Of a DNA stretch of 64,000 nucleotides, positions 1 through 12,303 are shown in pieces. Origin of the DNA: Dimorphilus gyrociliatus (taxonomy: Eukaryota > Animalia > Annelida); contig CAJFCJ010000071.1 in assembly GCA_904063045.1 (NCBI GenBank), forward strand, positions 55,065 through 119,064. The letters run 5' to 3'. Positions within the stretch are counted from its first letter, which is position 1, and every line of letters begins with the position of its first letter. Under the pieces are notes generated by a model that ran no database searches, was not told the DNA's origin, and saw only the letters and a program-made list of their open reading frames with translations. The position numbers and the translations under genes are program-made.

Positions 1-2270
1 GGCTTGTTTGAATTTATTAAGATGCTTTTGGATTAACGAATGCCCTCTCATTTTAGTTATGTAATGAATTCATTTGTGCTAAAGGATGTAAGCATTTGTG
101 CTAAACTACTTGATGACATAATAATATTTACAAGTCGCTGGACCAACATTGGGAAGCATTGGGACCATTCTTCAACAGATTCAAAAGTACAATTTTAAGA
201 TTAAACTAAGTAAATGTGTGTTTTTGAAAGAAAAGTTCATTCTTGGACAATTGTATCAGAAAGGGGATTGAACAGATAAGTCAAGACAGATAATTATATA
301 ATTTACAGCACAGTGTTTGCAAATTCACTACTAAGCTTTGTTGCATTTTGTGGTATTAAGAAATTTATACAAGATTTTGCAAGAGTAGCTAAACTCTGTA
401 TATGTTAATGAACTACATGGGAAAAAGGATAAATTGCAATGGACTGAGGAAGCCAAGCAATCATTTTTCAAGTTGAGAGATGCAGTAGTTAACCTCCTGT
501 ATTACAATACCTGATTTTGCTAAAGATTTTCACTTAACAACAGATGCATCGAATGTAGCTGTAGGAGGAGTTTTGAACAAGTTTATGTAGATGAGAATGG
601 GAAGAAAACAATGAAACCATTGCTAGCTTCAAAACAATTCAACAATAATCAAATGAATATGCAGCCTATCAAAGGAAGCATTTGGTGTTTACTGGGTTGT
701 AAAGAAATTTTTACATTACTTCAAGACAAGCATTCTTTTTTATACTGACATCAGAGTCTAGTCAAACATTTAAGCAAACAAATTGAATGTCAGCACAGCA
801 AAATGGGTCATGGCTTTAATGGATTTAAAATTTACAATTAACTATGTGACAGGACGAAAAAATAGAGCAGATGCATTAACAAGATTAGAAGAATATACAC
901 CCCAAGGAAAGTAAATTTGAAGAGCTAATTCATGGAAGATCAAAAGGAGAATTCTCCCTCTATTTCAGTTAAAATGGAACAGTATGAACATACACCAGAG
1001 TTAACTTTTGTAGCTACCAGTGATAACAGTGAAGAGAAAATTGATTTGTCTTCTGTTGACTTACAGTCAGAGCAAGAAAAAGATGTGAATTTAAAATCAA
1101 TTAAAGAATATTTAACATTGGATGGTCAGCTACCTATTCCTTATTTTGGAACTTTTACACTTTCATAATGGAGATGTTTGTTCACAAGGAAATGATCTGG
1201 ATTATCCTTGAAGAAAGAAACATTCTGGTTTTACCTGACCATTTGATGCTAACTCTGCTCCTAAATTCCATAAAAATAAAATTCACAATCACCATGGACC
1301 CAGAATGACATTACAAATAATTACAAAGACTTTTGGCACCCAAAATTAAAGATTATGATTGAGAATTCAATAAAGGATTGCACTTTGTGTGAACAAATGA
1401 ATGGTAGGAGTAGAGTATACCTTTGGTAGAAACTTTCACCCTGCATCACCAATGGAGTTGGTAGCCATGGATATAATGGGACCTTACCATGGTTAAGTCA
1501 TACAGATTCATACTTGTGATAGTGGATCATTTCAGTAGATACACAGTTTTATATGCACTCAAACAGCAAACCAGTAAAGAAATTGCAAACTTCTTTTCAA
1601 CAGATTTTTTCCCATTTTTGGAATTCCAAAACAAATGTTGACAGATCAAGGAAGAAACTTTGTTGGTAAAGCTTTTAAAGAGTTTATGAAGGTATTAGGT
1701 ATTGAGAAAATCCAAACAAGCTTATAGAAGCCAGAGCAATGGACTAGTTGAACGAAGAAATAGAGAAGTGAGGAAGGAAATCAATAAATTAGTGGTGGAA
1801 GAAAATCAGCATAACTGGGTTGCAAACTACCTTGATTCAAGCATTTTTGAATCAATCACCTGTAGGAAGTACAAGACTACACCCAGGAACTTCTTTTTGG
1901 CACAGCCAAACACTGATTGATGTAACAATGCATACTACTCTCCTGAAACAAATGTACTATTTGTATTCAATCACCAGCAGCAATTGTACAGTTAAGAGCT
2001 ACAGCCTTCTGTAAATCCATCATGGCAAAAGAACAATATAGGGAAAGAAAGAATAGAAATCTCAATCTTCCAAATATTTTGAGGTTGATGATGAAGTATT
2101 CTTAAGAAATGATGCTGCAAGAATTGCAATAACAAAAATCCTTCTTTAAAATGGTTAGGCCATACGAATAACAAAAGTCAATCATCAAAAGTGGATATAT
2201 GAAATACAAATGGATGATAATACATGCAAGTTGGTACATGGTAGCAGATTAAGACTAGCCAATGAATCTA
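1..2270 (+). pseudogene. pol: pol remnant (RT, RNase H, integrase with GPY/F module), many frameshifts and stops
   Basis: Motifs as listed for the element; RT-RH-INT order is the Ty3/Gypsy order. Confidence 0.88.
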
Positions 2271-2379
2271 ATAAGTTGGAAACAGGGAAAGAAGCAACAA
2301 AATCTTTCACCTTGTGGAGAAGGAAATAACACCTCCAATATTTTCTCAGGTAGAAGGAAGAAATGACTTCCAATTCGTT

Positions 2380-2762
2380 TGAAGAATCAAAAGGCAAGAA
2401 GTCATTGCCTTGTGTGACAAGGAGCATTGAGATCCTTTATTACTGAAAAGAAATCAAGTTAATGGATGTTACAATTATGGATAAAGAACAATTGGCTTAC
2501 AATTATAACTTCAGCTGATGGGAAAGCTTTAAAGCAAAAAGGAAGCGTAAAGCTGAATATCCAATTTGCTGGAGAAAGTATGGAACAAGAATTTATAGTT
2601 ATGGAAAATCTAGACATAGCAATAATACTTGGTTGTGATTTCCTACAAACTGTGGGAGCAAACCTCAATTTTGAAGCTAAACAGTGTTCTCTCAAATTTG
2701 ATAGAAGGAAAGGGAACCTGGCTGAAAGAATAAGGCAACCTCAACTAAACAAAGTCATATAG
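2380..2762 (+). pseudogene. Retropepsin-like aspartic protease located downstream of integrase
   Basis: gtc att gcc ttg tgt gac aa- gga gca ttg aga tcc ttt att reads VIALCD(x)GALRSFI (frameshifted D-T/S-G-A site, ~2401-2440), followed by ITSADGK...G.V.L.I...FIV...IILGCDFL in ORF 2466-2762. Confidence 0.75.
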
Positions 2763-3338
2763 CCATGATGGGACAGCATGACTCTTCATCAGAAAGTTCA
2801 GATAGTGATGACTCAGAGATGGAAGTTACTAATTCTGATACTGGTTATGACACAAGCAATACTTTCAAAACAGACAGTAATTACAGTCTCAATGAACCTT
2901 CAAGCTCATCTGAAAGTGATGACACAGAAACAATAATGAACTGGATCAAAATACAGATTCAGAGGCAAACATTATCTCTGATAGAGAAGATGAAATATCT
3001 AGTTCAGACATGAGTCAATAATTATTGAAAGCGAAATTATTGATATAACCATTCGGATAATGAGTCAATAATTATTGAAGGTGAAATTATTGACATAACC
3101 CATTCGATAATGAGTCCCATAGTGGTAGATTCATCCAAGATGAGAAAGAAAATACAAGTGACACAGACAATGAGTCAGTCATATTTTTAGATGAGACTAA
3201 AATCATCTCTGAACAATTAGATTCCCAACAAGAAGTGGAACCCAATATATAGAGTTAGAAGATGGAATAACTATCAGAGTGGAACAACAACACAAAATTT
3301 TCAACCATTCAACTATAGCCAACACAGGAAGAGCTAAC

Positions 3339-5754
3339 ATGAAACAGATGTTGTGGCTTCCACTAGTGATGACTGTAATGGTGATCTGTGGCTGCATCCA
3401 CTCAATAACAGTCCCAAAACCATCCTACCAAGGTGCCCATGTTACAAGTGCAAACATTACCTTAACATTTAAACCACCGTTATACTTTTGTTCTAACCAA
3501 CTACCAAGCCAGGCATTTGATCTAGCAGATGAGCCAACTTGTAATATAGAATCACAAGAAACCAAGACAATTACAGCTGATATCTATGAATTGAACTTGG
3601 AAGAAATTGAAACAAGAGCAGTAAAATGTCAAGTGTATCTAAGAACTAATTTTTACACTTACTATTTCTTTGGAGCAAAGAAGAGGAGGATTGTTTAACT
3701 CAGTTATCAAGTAACTCATGATCAATGCAGACAGATGATAAAAGACAAACGATCTTTCAAGGAAAACCTTTAATGGTGAAAAGAAACACTTGGATCCACC
3801 AAGATCAGTTTCCTGCTGCCTACACATGGCCAACAACGACCAAGGTGCTGGAATACACCACAATTATCCAGTTTGGCAAAGCATATTGGCAACCTCCTAA
3901 TATGAAAATTACAACTAATCTGGACTACTGAAGATTGTTTACCAGGGCAGTCCTATTGTGAAACAGAAGAGGCAATTATTGTCTTTAGGAACCTCAAGAA
4001 TAATTACACACTTGGGCAACAATCACCATGGATAAAATTAGCAACAGAATTAGTTGTATCAAATTTGCTGGTCACTATTCTTGTCCAGGGTATTCTATTC
4101 TGGACATCCCTTATCAAGATAAGTTTATTGATGGAATTGGTGGTCCTGGAACAAAAGTACTAGTACCACTGGAGGAACAGAGTTTTAATACAGGAAACAA
4201 GCAAGGAACACCTATACAATTTGCTACAATATCAGAAGATTGGCAAAAATGAAGAAAAACGACTATTAAACTATCCAATAAAGTGAAAGAACAAATTATA
4301 CTATACAAGCGAAACAACCCCTTACCAAGTCTTAACCAATGGTACAGAGAAACAAACACAAAGTATAAACTAATGAGAAATAAAGGCACACTCAAGGAAG
4401 TTGTGATATATCATCTACAACAACCCATTAGTCCATCTTACTGGGAGCTGGATAACTATTATATCCAAGAAATGCTGCAAGCAGTCAATTGGACAAGGGC
4501 AACAAGACAATCTGTTACGATTTCAAATATGTATACAGTGAGAAAAGAATCAAAAAGAAGGTATTACCAACATTGGGCATATGGTATAAAGGACCACCAG
4601 CCAGAGAATTTAAGATTACCTATGAAGGAATTTATTTTACTCTACACATGAGAATGGCTAAAAAGCAGATGAAGAAGGAAGCAAAACTGAAACATAAGAT
4701 AAGTAAAAACCCATACCACAAATTCCCATTGGAAATGAGAGAAGCTGCCCAAACATCTACCTTACTACATGGTATTGATTCAAATTTTAAGAATTTAAAA
4801 AAGTTTACCCAACAGCTGTCAAGTCTTCTCTGCAATCAATTTGTTCAAAGAAGCAGAATGATGGCATTACTAGCAAATTTGGATCCTCAATTGACCACAG
4901 TGTTAACAAATGAGTTGGGAATGCACAGTAGTCAGATGGGAGAATTAGCTATAATTAAACAATGTTCACCAATAGCCTCAACAGAAGTAGTTTGTGACTT
5001 AAGCATGATAAAAAAGAATAACAAATGTTCTCAATTTTTACTTGTCACCATGAACAACCTGCTTTTCCAAGTAGAACCAGTTACTCATGTTTTACAGCAA
5101 GTCAATCCTGAAGAGATTACCTATAATGAGTGTAAGTCTAACAAGTTATTCTACAAAACAACTCACAACCCATTAAATCCTATAAGAAACCAACCAATGA
5201 AAGACAAAACGTATGTGTATTATTCAGAAAGAGGATGCAGATTTCACACTGTGTCTGCAAAATCCATGCAGTTACATATCCACAATCACCTTTCTGAACC
5301 AAAAATTGAAATTGCCAGATTAGCTGATCTACTCCACCATGGGGTAAAGAAGGATATTGCATACCAGCACTCAAAAATTAAGCAAGTTATCAGTTCACTG
5401 GAACAGAAGCAGGCAAGGTATGATAACATGGTCACTGTTGCAGAGAAAAATGGCATTGTACCCAATTTATCTGGAATTAAACAGTTTTTCCATAGTTGGT
5501 ACTATAAACCTGGGAAAACACTTTATGTTATCATACGAAATATTTGTTTGAGTATTGTAGTGTCAATGGTATGTATCATCATTTTCAACTATATTATTGG
5601 AAGAAGAAAACAAAGAGAAGAAATTGCTACCCCAAGTGAGAGCACAGATAACTCTCCTGAAAACCCAAAACTAATGAAACAAAGTTGTAGCTTTAGTCAA
5701 CATCAAACTAATGAAGAAGAACAACCACCTGTAATTCTCATTAAATCAAGATGA
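3339..5754 (+). pseudogene. env: Envelope-like class III fusion glycoprotein (herpes gB / chuvirus G-like), frameshifted
   Basis: Signal peptide MKQMLWLPLVMTVMVICGCIHS; Cys-rich ectodomain (VKC...TYYFFGAK, QCRQM across a frameshift); LCNQ...LANLDP...GELAIIKQCSPI resembles the gB WC..Q...NP...GD...C.PV segment; C-terminal TM (ICLSIVVSMVCIIIFNYII) then RRK tail. Confidence 0.7.
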
Positions 5755-5785
5755 AGGGACTCATCTTCACAAAGAAGGGGGAAGT

Positions 5786-6420
5786 TGTACAACTTTGGTT
5801 ATATTTTACATGCTTGAACTCTATTATTTTATGCAACATATACATGTACATCTTAAAACCTACGCAAGAAAATGCTAAAACATTGGCCAAACATAAGTCT
5901 GATTAGTCAGCTTGAAGGTTCATCTTTAATTACCAATAAAGGTTTGGCCAAGTTATAATTTAATTAACTTGCCTAGGGTGTGGCCAAGTTATAATTCAAT
6001 TAACCTTCCTAAATGTTGAACCTTGTAACATCCTGTTACTAAAGATAAATATGAACTACACATTTTGGCAACTGTAAAGTGATGATTGGATGTCAGAGAC
6101 AAACCTCAAAGTATATAAATCCTTATTATTCTCATTTGGCATGCAGCTTCCATCTGGACCCAAGGACCTGGGAAAATCATCTGGAAACAACCTCCACTGG
6201 AACCATCCATCTACTCCTCAACATTGGAAGACAGTTTGGTAATTTGGCAACCTGCTATTACAAACTATCTACTCTGCTATTGAACTCTCATATTGTTACT
6301 TGCTTAAGTATTATTATTGCGAATAAACCATTTTAATTTAAACATTTGTTTAAAGGTTCGAGTAGAACCAGTATTGTTATAACTTGCAAACGCATAGATT
6401 TTGCCAGCAAGAGCAGTACA
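5786..6420 (+). repeat. 3' LTR (635 bp, TGTAC...GTACA)
   Basis: Inverted termini, follows the PPT, contains TATAAA and AATAAA; near-identical copies at 17175-17809 (-), 45600-46073 and 12050-12303. Confidence 0.93.
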
Positions 6421-7306
6421 CTAGACTTAAATAGACTTGGCTGTAGGCCTTCTAGAATATTGAATTGAATAGTAAGAATTCTTTTATTTCATCATATTTC
6501 TAATTGAGTTTTTGTACCAAAAATTAAAAGTCTAATTAAAATGTTAATATTTTATAAGACCATTTTATTGAAAATGGAAACATGTAGAGTTTTTATGTGG
6601 AGACAATTTGGTACAAATTAACAAGTCTTTTAGGGATTTATCAAACATTTACTACTTTTGAGATGACCTTTGGCCTTGTCCTATTAAAATTGTTGCATTT
6701 TATGCAACTCATAACAAAAATTCAAAGAGTCACATTCTACTCTTTTGAGGTACTTACAAAGAAAATTTTGCAGAAGAAAAAATATTATTGTTTATATTTT
6801 GGTACTTTGTTGTATTGTAATTGTACGAATTTCGGCTTCTTCTGAACATGCATTTTTTCTATATTGTTTGTTCCATTGTTAATTCCATAGTGGCACCATC
6901 CGTCAAAGAATCTATTTCCTACGAAATAAAAGTCTTTCTAAAGCTCCACAATTATAATTCCTATTAAATAAAAGCCTTTCTAAAGTTCTATTGTATCTGA
7001 AGTCTAAATATCATTATGTTATTAATATTCAAATTTTATTACTTTTTTTTAAATTAATATTTATCTTGACAAGTTAAAGACTATTTATTGTGACAAGTAG
7101 GGCTTTATTAAACTTAATGTCTTTTCTAATTAGTACAAACTAGATCAATTGTATCTATTGGTGTGAAACTACCAACTTTTTCAACTGATGACTACTATTT
7201 TCTTAGCGTTTTAGTAAAGTAGTTTAAGTTTTCTAAATTATACAGAATATAATGAATAGGCGTTGAAATGCATTCCAATTGCCTCTACAGTGTCCAGTTC
7301 TTAAAA

Positions 7307-8815
7307 ATGGCTACAGACAGCTTGCAAAAAATATCACTAAGGTGTATAAGGAATAATTTATCATTATTGAGTAAATTATGTAAGGAAAACTCACAAGTTT
7401 TACCTCCTGGAATTGGAAATATGATTTTCAGTTTTGTAAAGCAAGATTTGACTCCATTATCTGAGAATGAACTTAACTTTTTTCATCAGACATTTTACAG
7501 TTAACAGACATTTTAAAAAAAAACAAGGTTCCTGATGTAATTTTGGCAATATTTTTAAACAGTCATCCCCTGAAATCTCTATCATTGAAATATTTTCGTA
7601 ATGTGCATGAAATACGGATGTGGTAGAAAACGGCCATAAATCTATGGTTTTACCCTAACCCTAACCCAGGCCTTGTTTTTGCCTAACCTTTTTGAATAGC
7701 CCTAACCCTTAGATGGGACCCTCCTAAGAACATATCAACAGTTATCTTATTCCTCCTAACCATTTCCCAGGCTGAAATCTAACTTTCAAATATTTCATTT
7801 ATGGCCGTTTTCGACTGGTCCCATGAAATACCTATTAGTGGCACTCTTGAAGCACTTAAGTGGGAGGACTGCAGTTCATACATATTTTTCAAACATGCCC
7901 AAAAGAATATTTTAAATTCTGGAAATATTTGTAACCTAAAATCTATCGATATAAATTGTTCTCTCAACAGAATATTTGATAATTTCAATGTGCTTATAAA
8001 ATTGTTAGAATCTTCTGCAGCATCTCTTGAAAAATTTACATACATTGATGCTACTCTAGGATATTCTGAAATTGAAAAATTAGGCAATATATTGACAACT
8101 TGTACTTCATTAATTGAAATTAATTTTGTATTTAGCAATTCTGTAAAAAATTTTGCAAATCTATTAGATGGTCTAACTTCAACTTCAAACAAACTTCAAA
8201 GGATTCATTTTAAGTCTTGCTTCTTTGAGCCATGTACAAGATTCTGTTTCGCTTGTATCACGGAATTGTAGGCAATTCTGTTTACATTTTATTTTGGTTA
8301 CTCTTTGTTTCTCTCACACCGTTCTGTTACACTCACTGACTCATACTGACACATAACATGTAATGTTCTGTTCAAGCCATATGACCAAGTTATATTAAGT
8401 GATTTACTAAATGAATGTTTATCACTACAAGAATTTTCTCTAAGTGATTTAATAATAGATAAAAGAGCATTTAGAAAAATATGTAAAGTATTACAAAAAT
8501 CATCACAATCTCTTAGAAAAATTGACTTTGCTAAGAGTAGATTGAATGAGGATGATTCTGTTCCTTTGATGGATTTACTTACAGAATGTAGATTTTTGGA
8601 GAAAATCAATTTAAGTGATAATAACTTTTCTGAAGCAGATTTCAGATTTTTGAATTTTGAATTGTTTAACATCACCTTCAAAAAGTCTGTCATCAATGGC
8701 ATTTTCATGTTGTTTCTCAAAGAATGAAAATGATAATCCTTTACTAAATTTACTTATAAACTGTTTTGCACTAAAAAAAACCATTCTGAAGAATAACAAT
8801 TTGAATGAAAGAGAT
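7307..8815 (+). pseudogene. RNI-like LRR gene with N-terminal BC-box/cullin-box-like motif; disrupted by MITE and frameshifts; runs into the gap
   Basis: MATDSLQKISLRCIRNNL...VLPPGIGNMIF; LRR motifs (LEKINLSDNNFSE, LKKTILKNNNLNE); removing the MITE and one TSD rejoins ..NVHEI/PISGTLE in frame. Confidence 0.7.
7616..7822. mobile_element. 207-bp TTAGGG-containing MITE
   Basis: TIRs GGATGTGGTAGAAAACGGCCATAAAT / ATTTATGGCCGTTTTCGACTGGTCCC; 9-bp TSD ATGAAATAC; internal CCCTAACCCTAACCC. Confidence 0.92.
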
Positions 8816-9002
8816 NNNNNNNNNNNNNNNNNNNNNNNNNNNNNNNNNNNNNNNNNNNNNNNNNNNNNNNNNNNNNNNNNNNNNNNNNNNNNNNNNNNNN
8901 NNNNNNNNNNNNNNNNNNNNNNNNNNNNNNNNNNNNNNNNNNNNNNNNNNNNNNNNNNNNNNNNNNNNNNNNNNNNNNNNNNNNNNNNNNNNNNNNNNNN
9001 NN
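8816..9002. other. Assembly gap (187 N)
   Basis: Run of N. Confidence 1.
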
Positions 9003-9980
9003 TATCTTTCCTTTCCTACTTCCTCCTTCTATTATTTGAAAACTATCAACATTTTCAGCATCAGAACTGACTTCCTGACTTTCCTTCTATTATTTGAAAA
9101 CTATCAACATTTTCAGCATCAGAACTGACTTCCTGACTTTTATTGAATGAAATTTCATCATGTACATCAATTCTTCTTTCTTGATCATTATCTGATGAAT
9201 GACTTCTTCCTTCCTCATTTTCCACAAAGTTATTTTCAAAATCAAATGATAATGTTAACTGTAAGCAGAATTTCATGTTAATAATTGAAGAAAGATTAAG
9301 TTTAATACATCACCTGATTTTCTTCCTGAAAGGTTTTATTAACAGTAGACATATGTTTAGGACTACTTTTATCAAATCCATTTTCTTCCATCATTTGATC
9401 TACTCTTCTTATTCTGATAACAACTTGTTGTTTTGTAATATTGAAACAATCAACACAATAATCAGCATCTGCTTTATAAAAAAATTCATTGAAATAAATG
9501 AAAAAAAATAAATTTGATTACCTTTTGAGCACTTTTGGTGATAAAAGTGTTTACATAATTTGCATCTTATTTTTTGCTGATTCCAATAAAATTTCCTCAT
9601 ACAACACCAACAGGTTTTTAAATTCATTTTTACACCAATCAATTCAATAGTTAAACCAATCTCTGTAAAGTATCATTCAAAATAATAAAAATTCATTTAA
9701 TTCAAAAGACTTTTCCTTCAGAGGAACAGGAAATAGATTTGTAAAAAAAACTGGTAACAGTAACATTAATGAGGTATGTTTTGCTGAGAATATCAAAGAT
9801 ATAAAAATAACAGTAAAATAACAAATAACAAAATGTAATAAGTAGAACATCACTCTTTCCCTACTGAAGGGTCAATCAATCTTGAAAGGGATAAAGTATC
9901 CCTGAAATGGGGCGAACTGTCCCCCAAAATGGGGCGAACTGTCCTGGGGCGAACTGTCCAGGGGCGAACTGTCCTGACCC
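9003..9980 (-). mobile_element. DNA transposon remnant with arrayed TIR (family D) and PHD-like Cys/His fragment
   Basis: Four GGGGCGAACTGTCC units (9909-9974) ending TGACCC; minus-strand CWCC...CKLCKHFYHQKC (ORF 9409-9642). Confidence 0.5.
9025..9140. repeat. 58-bp tandem duplication adjacent to the gap
   Basis: TTCTATTATTTGAAAACTATCAACATTTTCAGCATCAGAACTGACTTCCTGACTTT twice, offset 58. Confidence 0.85.
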
Positions 9981-10509
9981 TGTGTATAGTAAGATAGTTT
10001 AAGAATAAAATATAACTAAAGTTGTCCAATACCAACTAAAAGCAAATTTTTTTATTAAAAATAGCTATTAAATTTTTAAAAATGGTTTCAATTGGAAGAT
10101 TACAAATTCTTCTTGTTTTTCAATCTCTAGCCATTTTATTCAATTCAATAAAACCAGGTTTTTTTTATCTTTTAATATTGAAAAATTGCTTATCTATTTT
10201 TTATCTTTTGAAGTATTATGAGTTTATATCATTCAAAGAGTTGTTATTAGATAATCAAACTCCTAAATGGCCTACTGGTCAAATTGTGAAAGTTCCTGTG
10301 TTGAGAAATGCTAGATACTATGCCATAAACTTTGACATTTTAAGTATTTCAAATGGCGACTTTAATACAAATAGGTTTGTGCAAAAAGAGTCTTTTTTAT
10401 CATTTGTCATTATATTGCCAGATCATCTTTCATCTTCTTTAATTTTTTTTTTCTACAAGAATCCAAAGTGTTTGTCTAAAGTTTACACAAAACCTTTAAT
10501 CTAAAGTCT

Positions 10510-10735
10510 GAATATTGATATATCATTATTCCTACAACAATTTTGACAACAATACAACAGTTGCAGGCTTTAATCAAATAATGGCAGTTGAAATTTTAAC
10601 AACATTTATAGATGTACATAGAGCAATAAGTTTGAGAGATTGTGAAAGAATTTGCCTATCTCTGAAGCTAGTTGTGTGTACTTTTCTTATGATTTTGCTG
10701 ACACATACTGTGTAGGCCTAACAACAGTAATTGTT
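10510..10735 (+). pseudogene. PAN/apple-like exon remnant
   Basis: ISLRDCERICLSL / CVYFSYDFADTYCV across a frameshift. Confidence 0.4.
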
Positions 10736-10769
10736 TACATAGAAATGCTTCTGCAACAAATTCAGTATA

Positions 10770-10940
10770 TAGAAGATTGGAAGGTTATCATCAAAGGCTC
10801 AATAAAATTGTTGGAGAAAATGTTTCTTTTTATTTAGAGATTGATGAGTTAAAGAGGGAGGCAGACATGATCTGGATTTTGAAAAATTTTAAAAAAGGTT
10901 AAATTAATGCAAAACAGCTTTTGGAGCTGATATTAATAAA
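10770..10940 (+). mobile_element. MULE transposase C-terminal remnant
   Basis: LEGYHQRLNKIVGENVSFYLEIDELKREADMI matches the EGWH..LN...ELKREA motif of the other MULEs in the window. Confidence 0.65.
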
Positions 10941-11139
10941 CTTCACTTGAAAACACTGGTCATTCATTGTAAAACTTGAAAAAAAGTTTCTTTGTTTTAT
11001 AGTTATTTACAAATAATCAATACACAATTTATTTTGTAAACCCAAAGTTCCATATTATAAAAATTTTTCTAATAATTTGTTTTTCAACATATATTAACAT
11101 TTAAATGAAATTTATTTTAAGTTTTGTTTTCTTTCAGTT

Positions 11140-11480
11140 CATGAACATTTTCTGTCAACCTCATTTTAACCTGCTGAAGAAGTTTACAGTCCATCACAAA
11201 TCATTTTAAAGCCATCTCCCATGTTTGGATTATGACATAATTCTATATTTTCTAATGAAGAACAGTGATTAAAAGCTTCTCCAAGTGTTATTGCTTGTTT
11301 AACATTCAACTCACACCAAGAAAAATTTACGTTGAATAGATTGTCTGATTGTAAATGTAAACCTAGCTGTTTAAATACAGATGCTTGCTCTGAGATGTTT
11401 CCTATATCTCTTCTATAATAGTTGAGTGATAAAATTTTTAATGAATTCTTAATTTTAGTTCTTTTTCTGATTTATCTACT
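11140..11480 (-). pseudogene. RNI-like LRR gene remnant
   Basis: Minus strand NFSWCELNVKQAITLGEAFNHCSSLENIELCHNPNMGDGFKMICDGL*, same repeat type as 36940-39984. Confidence 0.7.
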
Positions 11481-12049
11481 AAATTAAAACAGTAAAAATA
11501 AATAAAATAAAAAATAAAAAGTTTTTCTATGAAAACCTTCAGACAACTCTTTAAAATAATAAAAATATACTTTTCAATTCATATTTTTGATAGAATATAA
11601 AAATATATGATACCTAGCAAAAAACAAGTGTCAACATATATTCCTCAACACTATTCTACAGTAGTATTCATTGAACTAGTATTTATCAGTGTGTTAATAG
11701 CTACTTTTGTTTAGGGCCATATGTATATAATTTTCAGTTACATATTTTATTAAGTTATTGACAAACGTCATTATGTCCATTAAAGAAAACTGGTATTATC
11801 CATTTGGCAAAAGAAGATTTTACTGAAAGAGTAGTTATTTGAAGTTTATCTTAATTAAGAAAGATAGGGTTATTTCATTTCATGAAAAGATTTAATAATT
11901 TTTGAATATTAGTAAATAGTTGAATAGATGTGCAAATGTATCCTTGGAGGATTGAATTCTACCTCAATATATCTGAAGTTGAGTGTAAAATCTATATTAT
12001 GTATTTTCCCTAACCCTAAATTGAATAATTATATTTCCACAATAGATGT

Positions 12050-12303
12050 TGTACAACTTTGGTTAAATTTTACATGCTTGATTATTTTATGCAACTTATA
12101 CTTGTACTTCTTAAAACCTATGCAAGAAAATGCTACAACATTGGCCAAACACATGTCTGATTAGTCAGCTTGAAGGCTCATCTTTAATTACCAATAAAGG
12201 TTTGGCCAAGTTATAATCTAATTAGCCTTCCTAAATGTTGAACCTTGTAACATTCTGTTACTAAACATAAATATGAACTACACATTTTGGCAACTGTAAA
12301 GTG
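12050..12303 (+). repeat. Partial LTR (5' portion) of the Gypsy family
   Basis: TGTACAACTTTGGTT...CAACTGTAAAGTG aligns to 5786-~6080 with a small internal deletion. Confidence 0.9.

Larger units (their letters stand above)
1..6420 (+). mobile_element. Decayed Ty3/Gypsy LTR retroelement (5' part outside window): RT-RNaseH-integrase-protease-env-PPT-3'LTR
   Basis: Frameshifted motifs: GLFEFIKMPFGLTNAP (1-50), YLDDIII-like (~105-125), RNaseH TDASNVAVGGVL (~540-580), NRADALTR (~860), integrase HHCC (~1285-1395), MDIMGP/VDHFSRY (~1465-1540), TDQGRNF (~1640), SNGLVERRN (~1735), GPY-like (~2155); polypurine tract AAAGAAGGGGGAAG 5771-5784 directly before the LTR. Confidence 0.92.

Noticed and set aside
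6079-6336. Repeated 85-aa ORF MMIGCQRQ (also 17259, 45892) as a small gene family
   Set aside because: Lies within LTR copies, starts at a non-ATG codon, and is truncated in one copy
8657-9128. ORFs spanning the N run
   Set aside because: Artefacts of translating the gap
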